Under the pieces are notes generated by a model. That model saw only the letters and a program-made list of their open reading frames with translations. It did no database searches and had not been told where the DNA came from. A stretch of DNA of 64,000 nucleotides from Scyliorhinus canicula. Lineage: Eukaryota. A program made the position numbers and the translations under genes. Position 1 is the first letter of the stretch. The number at the start of each line of letters is the position of its first letter. Positions 1 through 13,570 of the stretch are shown one piece after another. Location of the stretch: assembly GCF_902713615.1 (NCBI RefSeq), contig NC_052161.1, forward strand, positions 21,532,388-21,596,387, in the 5' to 3' direction.

Positions 1-576
1 ATTTCATTGGCTGCTTATTCTGCTTGATGGCATCACTGCTGCTGGACACCTGGAAAGCCCTGTGATTTGGTGGCAGATTCAAACTGACCCTGGGAAAGGG
101 GGACTCTGTGTCACGGAGATGGACTGATTTCTTGAAGGTCATCAGCAATTACTTTGTCGCTGACTGCGAAATCTAGTTCCACGCTAATGAATGTAGTGTC
201 AAAAATAATGATTGCATATATTTAATAATCATTATTCATTACGTTCATTTTAAGAATATAAATTTATATATAAAATAATTTTCCTTAAATTGTGGAATGC
301 AATGTAGAGGAAACTCATTCATCATTAAATCCATGCATTCACGTTCAAAAGGATGAAAATATGCCCAAGTTGTTGCTTGTAATGTATTTTGGACCATAGC
401 CTGCATCAAAAGAACAAGGTCAAGTCCCAGCAGTTAATTGGAGAAGCTTGATTAAATTTAAAAGCCATTGATGCATTTCAGGAATTAAAATGTGCCACAT
501 TTAGTGAAAGGTGATTCAAACCGACTTCATTCCAGCAAGCCATTTGATAACCCCAATTTGATATTGTTAAACTTAC

Positions 577-628
577 ACAAACAATGCTTATTCCAACGAG
601 TATCATCCCAAGGAGGGAACACAGCCAC
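577..628 (-). CDS. SLC18A2: VMAT2 coding exon 11 (WLCSLLGMILVGISIVC); gene continues beyond the left edge
   Basis: 52 nt, CAG/GTAAG. Seen in ORF 478..687. Confidence 0.95.
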
Positions 629-969
629 CTGAGGAAGAGATGAGAGCTGGTGAGTATTGGCCGGATTTGCTGATGATAACCATTCAAGTGCTTTCATATT
701 CAGAAGCTGGCTTTCCCTTAATATGGCTGCTGTCTGAGAGATAGCTTAGTCTGACGGCCAAGTTTATACATTTTCTTTCATAAAACAAACCCACGTGATT
801 TCATTTCCTGAGCAAGCAGACACATAGGGTATTAGATTATTAAATATGGTTTATGACAGGAACCACTGGATATCTATTGATCTGTTTTTATTATTAAAGT
901 CATCAAAACCCATTGCACAGATTGCGAGACCTACATGCTCAATAGATGGTTCACAGGGTAATTTCCTAC

Positions 970-1048
970 CTGCCCATTCTGTGTGCAAGGATACCAAAGA
1001 TGTTAGTTCCAATTAGATACGAGATACTTGCTGGAACAAAAGCAATGC
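970..1048 (-). CDS. SLC18A2: VMAT2 coding exon 10 ([25 protein letters not shown])
   Basis: 79 nt, TAG acceptor, GTAGG donor. Confidence 0.96.
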
Positions 1049-1714
1049 CTAAAAACCGAAATGAAGCTTATCGGCGTTAATGTCACTCAAATATAATGAA
1101 ATCACAATCTGCAAGAAGCAGGTATTGATAACTGTAGAGATAATAAAATGCTGCAGCATGAATAAACAGTTCTAATTTCCTATTGAAGGATAAGCTAGAA
1201 TAACAGAAGAACAAGAATAATATTTGTAGAATGATACCAGTGTAGGAAAATCGTTTTTTTCTTTATCCAGTTGCTTTTGTACCGTACAAAATTTCTTTGA
1301 GAAAGAGTACTACTTGCAGAGCTTCATGTTTACTTAATATTAATCAGTATTAGCAGGAATACTTTCTTGTTTGGTTAGCTGTTGAACATTTAAAACCCTG
1401 TGCAATGAATTAGCAGCATGAATGTTACTTTATATATGGAAAATTAAAGTTTCGTGTCGGCCAATTGTCTGACTAAATGTTAAAAATTCAAATCTGTTCA
1501 AAGGTGACAGTTCAGAAGTAACCAATGCGATTGAAGGCATATCAAAAATCGGGACAGTTCTGAAATTTGGGGTAACTTCTGCGGGAAGAATAATTGCCCT
1601 CATTTCTTGGTGTGGTAAGAGGTCTGAGGAGTATATTAATGCAGGTTCCCTCTGGTGGATGTATCCGGTCAAAACATGAACCCAATCTCTGAGTAGACTG
1701 CAGTGTCCCGACAT

Positions 1715-2399
<685 letters not shown>

Positions 2400-3069
2400 T
2401 TATTAAAATAAAAGAACCAAATTATTAACAATGACCAGCAATTATTAATGCTGAAATATAAGCTCATGGGTAGAGATGGCCGCATGCACAGAATGAATTT
2501 AATAAGGTAGGACTTGAGAAAAATGTACCCTTTATCAGGAGCAGTTCCAACAAAGGAAAGATTGTCAGAAGGGAACACTGTCAAATCAAGCAGTGGGTAT
2601 AATTACACGAAATGCTTCTATTCTTGTGAGTTTTAATATTTATTGTTGAAAGGTTAAACACTTAAGCAAACAAGCCTGTTCAATTTTCAACAAGTTTAAT
2701 GAAATACCGGATGCATTGATAGTTTGCATCACTGTTTACCAAGCTCGAATCAATGATTGCACAAAAGGAGATGATAGAACCACCTTTGATGCAAAGCCTG
2801 AATAAATGCAATAAATTATTTGATAAGTTGCTTGCATTTGTTAATGGGAGAACCTCACCTATGCCACATCCTTCTATCTTCTCAGTGTTATATTCTCCTG
2901 TGACTAACGTCAAATCTTCAAGACTCACTGGCTGCACTTATGCACGACAGCTACCGGGACCCGCAGCAAGGCCAGGCAGCAAGCTCAAGTCAAACTTATA
3001 CTGCAAACTGAGACCTTCACTACCGATGTGGGTAGCTCAAGCTGATAAATGTACTCTTGAGTCTCGTGT

Positions 3070-3545
3070 TCCTTAAACATCAGCGCATCCAAAAATCCAT
3101 CATGTCTATCCCTTCATGCAGGAAGTCCCATTCTAATATCACCCCAATCCTTGTTCACCTATAAAGATCCTAGACCCCCAGCACCTCAAGGTTAAAATGC
3201 TAATTTTCAAGTTTACATTTCTTTATGGCCTCATCCTTCCCTATCTCTGTAAATTCCTCCAATTCTATAACCTATCCAGAATTTCTATTCCTCAACTTGT
3301 TGTGTATTCTTTCCTTGCTTCACCCCTCGCATTGTAGTCATATCTCCAGCTGTCTATGCTCTTTGTTCTGGAATTCCCTCCTTAAACCCCTCTATCTTTT
3401 GCCCTTCCTTCAATAATTTCCTTGAAACTTGACACAATATGTCCTCCTTTGCTCAGAGTACAACTTTGTCTGTTTACTCATCTACAATCAGCATTGAAAC
3501 ATTATCCACCTTAAAGACACTATGTAAATGCAAGTCGGTAGTGTT
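3070..3545 (+). mobile_element. Degraded L2 LINE 3' fragment
   Basis: Pyrimidine-rich L2 3' pattern ending CTATGTAAATGCAAGT. Similar relics near 9780-10190 (-) and 18160-18420 (+). Confidence 0.55.
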
Positions 3546-3659
3546 CTTGTTGAACTCTCTGTTGAGGTCCTGAAATGATGCTAAAAGCATGACCATTAAC
3601 CACACAGTGTAAATGAAAAGATGAATGATGCAATTGATATGCATTACAATGTAGAATCT

Positions 3660-3786
3660 ATGATGTGGAGATGGCGGCGTTGGACTGGGGTGAGCACAGT
3701 AAGAAGTCTCACAACACCAGGTTAAAGTCCAACATGTTTGTTTCAAACACTAGCTTTCGGAGCGCTGCTCCTTCCTCAGGTGAATT
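3660..3786 (-). mobile_element. Penelope-like element terminal fragment
   Basis: Same sequence recurs at 18665-18870 and carries a minimal hammerhead motif typical of Penelope pseudo-LTRs. Confidence 0.7.
3748..3782 (-). ncRNA. Minimal type I hammerhead ribozyme motif
   Basis: Minus strand reads CAC-CUGAGGA-A-GGAGC-AGC-GCUCC-GAAA-GC-UA-GUG: intact core, 5-bp stem II, 3-bp stem I and palindromic AGCU stem III. Confidence 0.75.
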
Positions 3787-3814
3787 CATATTCTTAATGT
3801 GGACTTCTTATATG

Positions 3815-6745
3815 AAATCTGTAATCATAGAGCTGAGAAACAGCAAGGGGCAAAAAACATTAGTGGGGGTTGTATATAGACCCCAAGCTGTAGTGGTGAT
3901 ATTGGGAATGGCATTAAACAGGAAATTAGCGATCAATGCGATAAAGGAGCACCTTTAATATGGGTGATTTTAATCTGCACGTAGATTGGGCAAATCAAAT
4001 TAGTCACAATACCGTAGAGGAGGAATTCCTGGAGTGTACACGGGATGGTTTACTGGACCACTACATTGAGGAACAAACTAGAGAACAGGCCATCCTAAAC
4101 TGGGTATTGTGCAATGAGAAAAGAATCATTGACAATCTAGTTGTGCAAGGCTCCTTGGGGATGAGCGACCATAATATGATAAACTTTTTCATCAAGATGG
4201 AGAGTTACATAGTCAATTCTAAGAATAGGGCCCTGAATCTTAATAAAGGAAACTACAATGCTATGAGGCATGAGTTAGGTATAATAGGGTGGGAAACGTT
4301 ACTTAAACGGATGACGGTGGATAGGCAATAGCAAACATTCAAGGAGCACATGGGTGAACTGCAACAATTGTTTATTCCTGTTAGGTGCAAAAGTAAAACA
4401 GGAAAGGTGGCCAAACCATGGGTTTACAAGGGAAATTAGAGATAGTATTAGATCCAAGGAGGAGCACACAAATTGGCCAAGAAAAATAACAGACCTGAGG
4501 ATTGGGAGCAGTTTAGAGTTCAGCAAAAGAGGATCAAGGGATTGATTAAGAAGGGGAAAATAGAGTACAAGAGTAAGCTTGCAGGGAACATTATGTGAAG
4601 AGAAAAAGATTGGTGAAGACAAATGTAGGTCCCTTATAGTCAGAAACAGGGGAATAGGGGTCAAGGAATAGGGGTCAAAGAAATGGCTGAGCAGCTAAAT
4701 ATATACTTTGGTTGTATCTTCACAAAGGAGGACACAAACAAGATACCAGAAATGTTGGGGAACACAGGGTTTAGTGAGAGGGAGGAACTGAAGGAGATCA
4801 ATATTAGTAGAGAAATGGTGTTGGAGGAGTTGATGGGATTGAAAGCCGATAAGTCACCAGTGCCTGATAACCCACATCCCAGAGTACTTAAAGTGGCTCT
4901 AAAAATAGTGGATGCATCTTTGGTCATCTTCCAGGATTCTATAGACTCTGGAACAGTTCCGACAGATTAGAGAATAGCTAATCTAACCCCACTATTTAAA
5001 AAGTGGAAACAGAATTATCGACCAGTAAGCCTGATTTCAGTGGTAAGGAAAATTCTAGTATCCACTATCAAAGATTTTATAGCAGAGCACTTGGAAAACA
5101 GTGGCAGTATCAGACAGAGCCAGCATGGATTTATGAAGGGGAAATCATGCTTGACAAATCCATTGGAATTCTTTGAGGATGCAACTAATAGAGTAGATGA
5201 GGAGGAGCAAATGGATGTGGTTTATTTAGACTTTCATAAGGCTTTTGACAAAGTCTCACATCAGAAACTGTAAAATTAAAAAATGTTAAATTAAAGCACA
5301 TGGGATTAGAGGTAGTGTATTGAGATGGATGGAAAACTGGTTGGCAGACGGAAAACAAAGAGTAGGAATAATCATGTATTTTTCCAAATGGCAGGCAGTG
5401 ACTGGTGGAGTGCCGCAGGAATTGGTGCTGGGACCCCAACTATTCACTGTACATTAATAATTTAGATGAGGGAACAAAATGTAATATCTCCTGATTTGCA
5501 GATGACACAAAGCTGGGTGGGAGGGTGAGCTGTGAGGAGGATGCAGAGATCTTTCAGTGTGATTTGGACAAGATGAGTGAGTGGGCAAGTGAATGGCAGA
5601 TCAGTATAATTTGGATAAATGTGAGGTTATCCACTTTGTAGCAAAAGCAGGAAGGCAGATTATTATCTGAAAGGCCATAAATTAGGAGAGGGGAATGGGC
5701 AACAAAACTTGGGTGTCCTTGTACACCAGTGGCTGAAGGTAAGCATGCAGGTGCACCAGGCGGTAAAGAAGGCAAATGGTATGCTGGCCTTCATTGCGAG
5801 AGGATTCGAGTACAGGAACAGGGATGTCTTGCTGCAATTAGGGGCAGCACGGTAGCATTGTGGATAGCACAATCGCTTCACAGCTCCAGGGTCCCAGGTT
5901 CGATTCCGGCTTGTGTCACTGTCTGTGCGGAGTCTGCACATCCTCCTCGTGTGTGTGTGGGTTTCCTCCGGGTGCTCCGGTTTTCTCCCACAGTCCAAAG
6001 ATGTGCAGGTTAGGTGGATTGGCCATGATAAATTGCCCTTAGTGCCCAAAATTACCCTTAGTGTTGGGTGGGGTTACTGGGTTGTGGGTATAGGGTGGAG
6101 GTGTTAACCTTGGGTAGGGTGCTCTTTCCAGGAGCTGGTGCAGACTCGATGGGCCGAATGGCCTCCTTCTGCACTGCAAATTCTATGAAATTCTATGAAA
6201 CTATACAGGGCCTTGGTGAGTCCATACCTGCAACATTGTGTGTAATTTCGGTCTCCTTATCTGAGGAAGGATGTTTGTGCAGTAGAGGGAGTGCAGAGAA
6301 GGTTTACCAGACTGATTCCTGGGTGGCAGGACTGACGTATAAGGAGAGATTGAGTCAGTTAGGATTGTATTCACTAGAGTTCAGAAGAAGAGGTGGGATC
6401 TCATAGAAACCTACAAAATTCTAACAGGACTAGACAGGGTAGATGCAAGAAGGATGTTCCCGATGGTGGAGCTGTCGATAACTAGGGGGTCACAGTCTGA
6501 GTATATGGGGCAGGCCATTTAGGACAGAGATGAGGAGAAAGTCCTTCACCTAGATAGTAGTTGGCACCATAGAAAGCGGTTGAGGCCAAAACACTATAGA
6601 ATCAGTTAGATATAGCACTTGGGGCAAAAGGGATCAAAGGATATGGGGCAAGGCAGGATCAGGCTGCTGAGTTGGATGATCAGCCAATGATCATAATAAA
6701 TGGCGGAGTAGGCTCGAAGGGCCGAATGGCCTCTTTCTGCTGCTT
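3815..6745 (+). mobile_element. CR1-clade LINE, degraded ORF2 (endonuclease and RT), interrupted by a SINE
   Basis: ORF fragments GVVYRP, MGDFN, SDHN, QHGFMKGKSCLTN and VYLDFHKAFDKV, FADD at about 5496-5507, CR1 3' tail. Confidence 0.9.
5841..6200 (+). mobile_element. tRNA-derived V-SINE (HE1-like) nested in CR1
   Basis: A/B boxes (GGTTCGATTCC), V-domain GGGTTTCCTCCGGGTGCTCCGGTT, CR1-type tail with TTCTATGAAA repeats. Confidence 0.9.
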
Positions 6746-8303
6746 TTTTTCATTGTTTCCGTGAGACTTCAGTAGGTCCAACCAATCAACTATCCCCTTC
6801 CCAATATTCCATTGATCCTTAATGCACTTGCTGAACATAGATTGGAAAGTGAAACAATTGCTGCATAGCTGCATTATCACAGGAGAATGTCTGCTGACCT
6901 CCCGAGTGAAATTCATTTTCAAAACACATTTTCTTTTGTAAAGGGAAGATAGCAAATTATTTGTACCAATGAAATGCCACAGGTAGAGACATGGCAACCA
7001 CTGGGCCCATCAATAGGCAAGGATATGGACAACACCCAGGTTGACACAGCAGGTAGGTGGTGCGAAATAGAGAACTTGGAAGAGTTGTCAGATTCGGATT
7101 TGTAATTAAATGTGTGGTCTGCATTTTTATGTGATTATTGAAAGGTTGTTCATCAAATTTTGGAATTTCAGTCAATGTTGATTTGGGGTTTAATCTTGAG
7201 GTAACAAGATTAACCGGTCCATTTCTGGGTGGCCTCTCCCAGAGATCTCGCCTGCCAGCTACAGAGCCAGTGGCCTCATTTTGAGAGGGCTCAACACATC
7301 CTGTTCTACTCTGGCACTTGAGAGGCCAGCAGTGGGCCTTCGGGCTGGGACATAGCTTGGGGACATAAGTCCTGTCTGCCAAGAGCTGTCAACCAATCAG
7401 AGACCTCTACTCAACACCAATGAGTTAGCTGCAGCTGGTACAACAGCCACCCAATGCCTCAGATCAGCCAGGGGCCTAGGCACAGGAGTGTTGGGGGGGG
7501 GGGGGGGGGGGGGGGGAAGGGGTTCAGCAGCAAGGGCAGGAAGATGCTCTCCACAGGACATCTTTTCCACTGTCAGTTCCTTTGAAGAGGCGCAGAATGC
7601 CTTTAAATTAGGTCCATCTCCTCCTCCAGCCGCCCCCCACCTCTCGCCCACCGCCCGGAATCTTGCAGGAAAACCAGGCAGGATTTACTGGTTGTGCTCC
7701 ATCCATGGTGAACACCATTCTCCTCCTCACCTGCCACTAGGTTAATACCAGCACTGATGGGATGAGGCCCTTATTTGGGCATTAATTGCCATCTTGGTGG
7801 GGCCTTAACTGACAATGGGGCAGATATTCCATCCCTGGGCCTTCCCACCACGGACTTAATTGGGGTAGAGGCCGGTTGGTGGCAGGGCCCCCATGTAACT
7901 AAATGCCTCCTTTGTCATTCCAGCCGTGGGGAAGGGCACACGACTCTGCCCCCTGTCCCTTTAGTCCCATCATTACCAACTTCTCTGGCTATTTTGCCCC
8001 AACCTTTGGAAATCTCATTGTCTAACCTCTTCGCTTCTGAGTCTCAACTAGTTGTGGAAGACATTGCAACTGCGCTTCCCCTTAAATCCATCCTATCTAC
8101 TCCATTTCCCCCTTTTGGGATCGATTTTTATTTGCCCAACGTGGGCATTGATGAGAGACGAATTTCATGACACAATGTAAGCTGCTGGTGTGTAGTAGCA
8201 CTGTTGTACATTTGTCTTTATTCTGGAAATACCATCTGGACATGGGATTGATACATTTAAAACGTATTAAAAATAATTCCAAACCTTAAACTAAGTGCAG
8301 TAC

Positions 8304-8364
8304 CTGCAGCAACCAATATATAAGGATCACGTAAAAGTGCAAACAGGGAGCTCCCCTTCTGGTT
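8304..8364 (-). CDS. SLC18A2: VMAT2 coding exon 8 (NQKGSSLFALLRDPYILVAA)
   Basis: 61 nt, TAG acceptor, GTACTG donor, DPYIL motif. Confidence 0.95.
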
Positions 8365-8510
8365 CTAGAAAAGATCAAACAATAGACACTGAAGAAAAAA
8401 TACGACAGTGGGTGAACCAAGATAGATGTCAGTTCTAAAACGTTAAGTGCTAAAATGGCAAAGAAAGCACACTTTGTCACTGTTAAAAGAATCTGGAGAG
8501 CAATACTTAC

Positions 8511-8554
8511 TTCTGGTTGTGCTTTGGATGGCTGGAGAATAAACAGCTGTAGGG
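8511..8554 (-). CDS. SLC18A2: VMAT2 coding exon 7 (LQLFILQPSKAQPE)
   Basis: 44 nt, CAG/GTAAG, phase consistent. Confidence 0.95.
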
Positions 8555-8626
8555 CTGAAACAGGCAAGAATCATTATTCTGTTTAAATCAATTTTGAATG
8601 CCAGATGATTGCCATCTTTTCCTTCA

Positions 8627-8731
<105 letters not shown>

Positions 8732-9449
8732 TCAATGGAAAAATCAACATGAATTACCTACGCCCACAAAGTGGGTGAATCATCTCACAAGCAAAAGAAA
8801 ATGTAACCAACACTGCCTGAGTGTAAGGCACAGTGACTTGTTATGACTGTTCCGGAAAGTTATTTTCTTTTCACTTTACAGAGCAAAAAAAAAATACGCA
8901 TGTTGTAACAAAGCGCAAAAACTGAGATGCTGGAATCTGAAACAAGAACGGAGGACCTGGAAAAGCTCAGCAGGTCTGGCAGAAACCACGTTAACGTTCA
9001 GTGTTTTTGACCCTTGCTCGGAACTGAAAGGAGGGAGAATGTTGGAGGAGAAGAAACTGCATTAAAAAGTGGCAACTTTCAGAACAAAAGGCAGATGGCC
9101 TGGTGTGAGAGGGGGAGAGAGTGTTTGGCATTGAGGCAACACATGTATGGGTTATTTTTTTTTTAAAGAGAGGAAAGGGGGGTTTAAGATGGAGGGGAAA
9201 GGCCAGAAATTAAAGATGCCAAACTCAACGTTGAGTAGCGAGGTCTGCAAAGTGCCCAACCGGAAGCTAGCACCGAGCTTCACTAGAACATGGCAACAGC
9301 CCAAGGATGCAAATATCCCCAAATATTGTAAATGATTCAAGTGAAATTCACTCTTAGAACAATGCATTCAATTGTCATATAAACTAATGTATAATCGTCT
9401 TATATCGTATTACTGACTTTAATTCCACCAGTAACCACTTATATTTCAA

Positions 9450-9757
9450 GGGTGGCACGGTAGCACGGTGGTTAGCACTGTTGCTTCACTGTGCCAGGGA
9501 CCTGGGTTCGATTCCCGGCTTGGGTCACTGTCTGTGCAGATCCTGCAGGTTCTCCCCTGCGTGGGCCGACTCTGGGTGTTCCGGTTTCCTCCCACAAATC
9601 CCGAAAGATGTGCTTGTTAGGTGAATTGGACATTCTGAATTCTCCCCTCAGTGTACCCGAACAGGCATCGAAGTGTGGCGACTAGGGGCTTTTCACAGTA
9701 ACTTCATCGTAGTGTTAATATAAGCGTACTTGTGACACTAATAAAGATTATGATTAT
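9450..9757 (+). mobile_element. V-SINE, subfamily with CTTGTGACACTAATAAAGATT tail
   Basis: Same head and V-domain as the other copies. Tail shared with 24832-25122. Confidence 0.85.
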
Positions 9758-12616
9758 AAAACCCTTCAACCTAATAAAACGCCACAAAACGCTTCACAGG
9801 AGAGTTATGAAACAATTCTGCTGCCGAGCCACATGAGATATTAGGTCAGATGATCAAAAGCAAAGAGCTAGGTATTAGGTAGTGACTAAAAGGAGGAACA
9901 CGAGGTAGAGAGTCGGAGAGGTGGTGGGAGGGTATTATCTCGCTTGAGGCCTGGACAAATGAAGACCTGGCCACTCACGCTGCAGCAATTAAAATTGGGG
10001 ATGCACAAAAGGCCAGAATTGTCAAGCACAGAAAACTCCAAGGGTTGCGGGGTTGCAGGAGATTACAAGAATGGGTGTGTTGAGGGCGTTGTGAGGGTGA
10101 GGTGGAGGCCATGGGCGGATTTGGAAACTGATGAGAATTTCAAAATCAAGCTTTGATTGACCGAGAGCCAATAAAGATTAATGGGTGCAGAGTGACCCTA
10201 TTTGCAAACTCTCAATGCATGGTGATACCATGGCCATTTGCTCTGAATGTTTAGATTATTTGGCGTCACTCAAGATCTTTTCTATGTTTTATCTGATAAA
10301 AATTTGTGGTCATTTCTTTTTACAATGAAAATCAAGATCGATTCCAGGTCTGATTTAATACAGAGGAAGTAAACTCCCTAGAATACTCCAGAAAGTAGAA
10401 GTGCTGTCATTATGATGCTTATCCTTATACCGTCAGTCTTTCCACGTGTAAATTTTGTGAACCATGCAGCAGATATTGTTGCCATGTCATATACACAATT
10501 ACATAAATAAGTGACAATCAAAAATTGGTGAGGAAGTTATTGTTGGAATCAAACACATTTTGCCTTTTAATATAATAGTGATAATTATAATATACAGCAT
10601 TGGCTACACAAACATCTGCGTGCTAATTTGTCACTTTCATATAAGTAAGGAAATTAATAGTATATTTAAACTTCAAATGCTACATTTAATTCCACGATAC
10701 GCTGTGATTTGATTATTGCTGTGAAAAGCTTAGTATAGATTTTGAGAGCCAGAAACCTATTCCTGTAGGGGAAGAGGGCATGTTGCGTTAGTCCTTCGAT
10801 GGTACAACTATTCACAGAAGCTCTGGTTTTTGGCTGTTTAGTGTTTAATTCCTGTTGTGAATTAATTTTGTGTTCAGATATATTTGATACATTTTGTGAT
10901 GCAATTTGATGCTCTAATTGTTGCTGAACTTTTTGTATGGTATAATGCTTCTCATATCAGAACAAAACACAGAAATCATTCTGACCCTGTGTGGTACTGT
11001 GGGTTAGCATTCAGCTATTTCGCCACTGAGAACTGGAGGTTGAATTAAGTTCCAACCACTGCTATGAAAGTGTGTTGACAGAAGGACCCCCATCTTTGTT
11101 CGGGCAGAGAAAAACTGCCTCTGAGTAGCAATTGCAACCATAAAGGCTGATGGTGGCAGAGATATTTTCAAGAAACATCAGGGGCGCAAGAGGTTGGCAC
11201 TTGGACACATTGTTGGACCAGAATATAAGAAGCTTCATTCTACTATTGGCTGTGCTATATCTGATCCGGGGAGGATTTGAGACGGACAATATTTGAAATG
11301 TTATTCCACATCCCACCACTGACTCCTTTCTGCTCACCCATACCGGAGAACAAAATACATCAATAATACTTTCCTGGGAGAAGAATGAAATAGTTTCATA
11401 CATTTCAATATGAAGCAATATTTAAAAGATGTAAAATCAAATGATGGGGAGTGTGTTTGAAAATTGGCAAGTCTTCCATATTCAAAATGTCAACATGACA
11501 GAGGGGATTTAGGCCTAATTTAAACATGTATTGTATTAGCGTGATGCATTTAATTTTTCACATTATTCTTGTAAACTGGTTAAATGCCAAAGATACAGCA
11601 AAGATCAGCAACATAAATCAGTCTGAGAAAGCTAACAAACACTAATGACCTTGATCAAGACTACTTGCCACTTAAAACTGAAAGTCATAATGCATTTGGG
11701 ACAAAGAGACAGAGGCCACTGTTTCACAAGTGGCAATTAATCTCGGGAGGTGGTAGGATGACTAAGCAAGACAACATCCTGTAACACTGAAGGCAGCGGT
11801 TTAAACATCTGATGACTGTTTTCCTTTGTATCAATACTAGCACCCAGAGTACACATTAGATTGTGCCTCGTGGATCTTCATTTTAATCATGGATTTTTTG
11901 CTAATCCAGGTGCAAGTTAGCTACTATCTTTTTTATTATTTTTCTTTGAACTTCCTTTGCAACTTTCCCCTCTGCTCCCCTAAGTACATTGGGAATGACC
12001 TTACCCATAACGATCCAGTGCCAGATGGATCGGTGGTTAAAATCGCACATCTTCTTTACTTGCCCTGGAGCTGCCTAGTGGCAGTGGGTCCAGATCTTTC
12101 TCTATTTTCCTGAGCAAGCTGCCAGGACAGCCACCAAAAACTGGTGTTTCTTTTTCCAATATCACTGGATGTAGGTCGTGTGGCACAGTGGCAGTGCATC
12201 TACCCCTGGATCAGAAGCTCTGGGTTCAAGTCAAACCTCTGGACTTGTTGGTACAGAAGGAGCACTTATAATGCAGTTCAACAGACTGATAATCAGCTGG
12301 GGGAAACTTCCATCACTTCCCCATTATACTCCAAGGGAAAGAAAAGTGTGGATGAAGATAGACTTAAAAGAAATATCAACGGGACCCGGCTGTAATTTTC
12401 ACTAGGTGACTGTAAGTGTTTTCCTGCCAGTACGAAAGAGAACCAGGGCCAGAAGAGACCCCAAAAAACAATTTTGTTCTTACTTGTGAGACTGGAAGGC
12501 CAGAAGGGAAGCTTGGGTCTCCCCACCAGGACCTCGCCACCTTCCTCATCACAAACCCCAAGTGAGACAGACCAGCAGCTGGCCCCACCAGTTATCCACC
12601 GTCTGGCCAGCTCAAT

Positions 12617-12785
12617 GGGGCTGGTTTAGCACAGTGGGCTAAACAGCCCCAGTGTGCAGAACAAGGCAGCAGCGTGGGTTCAATTCCCGTACCGGCCTCC
12701 CCGGATAGGCGCCGGAATGTGGCGACTAGGGGCTTTTCACAGTAACTTCATTGAAGCCTACTTGTGACAATAAGCGATTATTATC
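12617..12785 (+). mobile_element. Short tRNA-derived SINE (second copy at 52021-52192)
   Basis: GGGGCTGGTTTAGCACAG head, GGTTCAATTCCCG B box, same 3' tail as the 9450 copy. Confidence 0.8.
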
Positions 12786-13154
12786 AATTTTCCAACCGAT
12801 GGAATTTAATTGAGGGCCGACAGTTAGGATATTACATACCTCAATTTTAGAGCAAGAGATGGTGATATTTCTGACTTACTGCTGCTCATCTGCCAGAAAC
12901 CCGGCAGAGTTAAAATTGGGACCAGTACAGTTCAATGACTATTTATCACACACTCGTACCTTGGCCATTATTTATGCACAAGCATTGACATTCTATTTTT
13001 CACCTCCTACTGACTGAACTTTGGGTATGGATCAGGCACAAGTGGAAAGTTGTTTGATGGCCTGCTCCACTATGTCCCTGACTCCCTACAATTTTCCAGC
13101 GAGTAGACCCATCGGGGCACAATATGCAGGCCCTCCCATATGGATTTGGGAGAG

Positions 13155-13530
13155 ATGATGGCAGTGTCACTGGACAAATAATCCAGCAGGCCACGCTATC
13201 GCGCTGGGGAAACACGTTCAAATCCCACCATGGAATTATTTAAATTTGGTCAATAAAATCCAGAATTAAAAACTAGTCTCAGCAACTGTGATCAAAAAAT
13301 CATCATCGATTGTCGCAAAATCGCATCTCGTTCACCAATGGCCTTAAGGGAAGGAAATCTGCCATCCTTACTTGGTCTGGCCTACATGTGACTCTAGACC
13401 CAAAATAATGTGGTTGGCTCTTAGCTGCCCTCTGAAATGGTCCAGCAAGCCACTCAGTTCAAGGGCAATTAGGGATGGGCAACAAATACTGAAATTGCTA
13501 GTGATGGCCACATCCATGCAAGAATTTTTT
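13155..13530 (+). repeat. Interspersed SINE-like repeat with CR1-type tail (copies at 16165-16495 minus, 37815-38140 plus)
   Basis: Three similar copies in the window (GGAAGGAAATCTGCC...CTACATGTGACTC...TTAGGGATGGGCA). Confidence 0.7.
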
Positions 13531-13570
13531 AAAAATACAAATTTCAAGCTAATGTGATAACACAGCTTCT

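Noticed and set aside
5841-5920. tRNA genes at GGTTCGATTCC motifs (many copies)
   Set aside because: They are SINE heads followed by V-domain and LINE-derived tails, with no full cloverleaf.
7493-7516. Poly-G/poly-C runs (also 13646, 14553, 17371, 33729, 43712) as poly-Gly/Pro coding or G-quadruplex systems
   Set aside because: They are homopolymers inside repeats, their lengths are unreliable in assemblies and the ORFs around them lack support.
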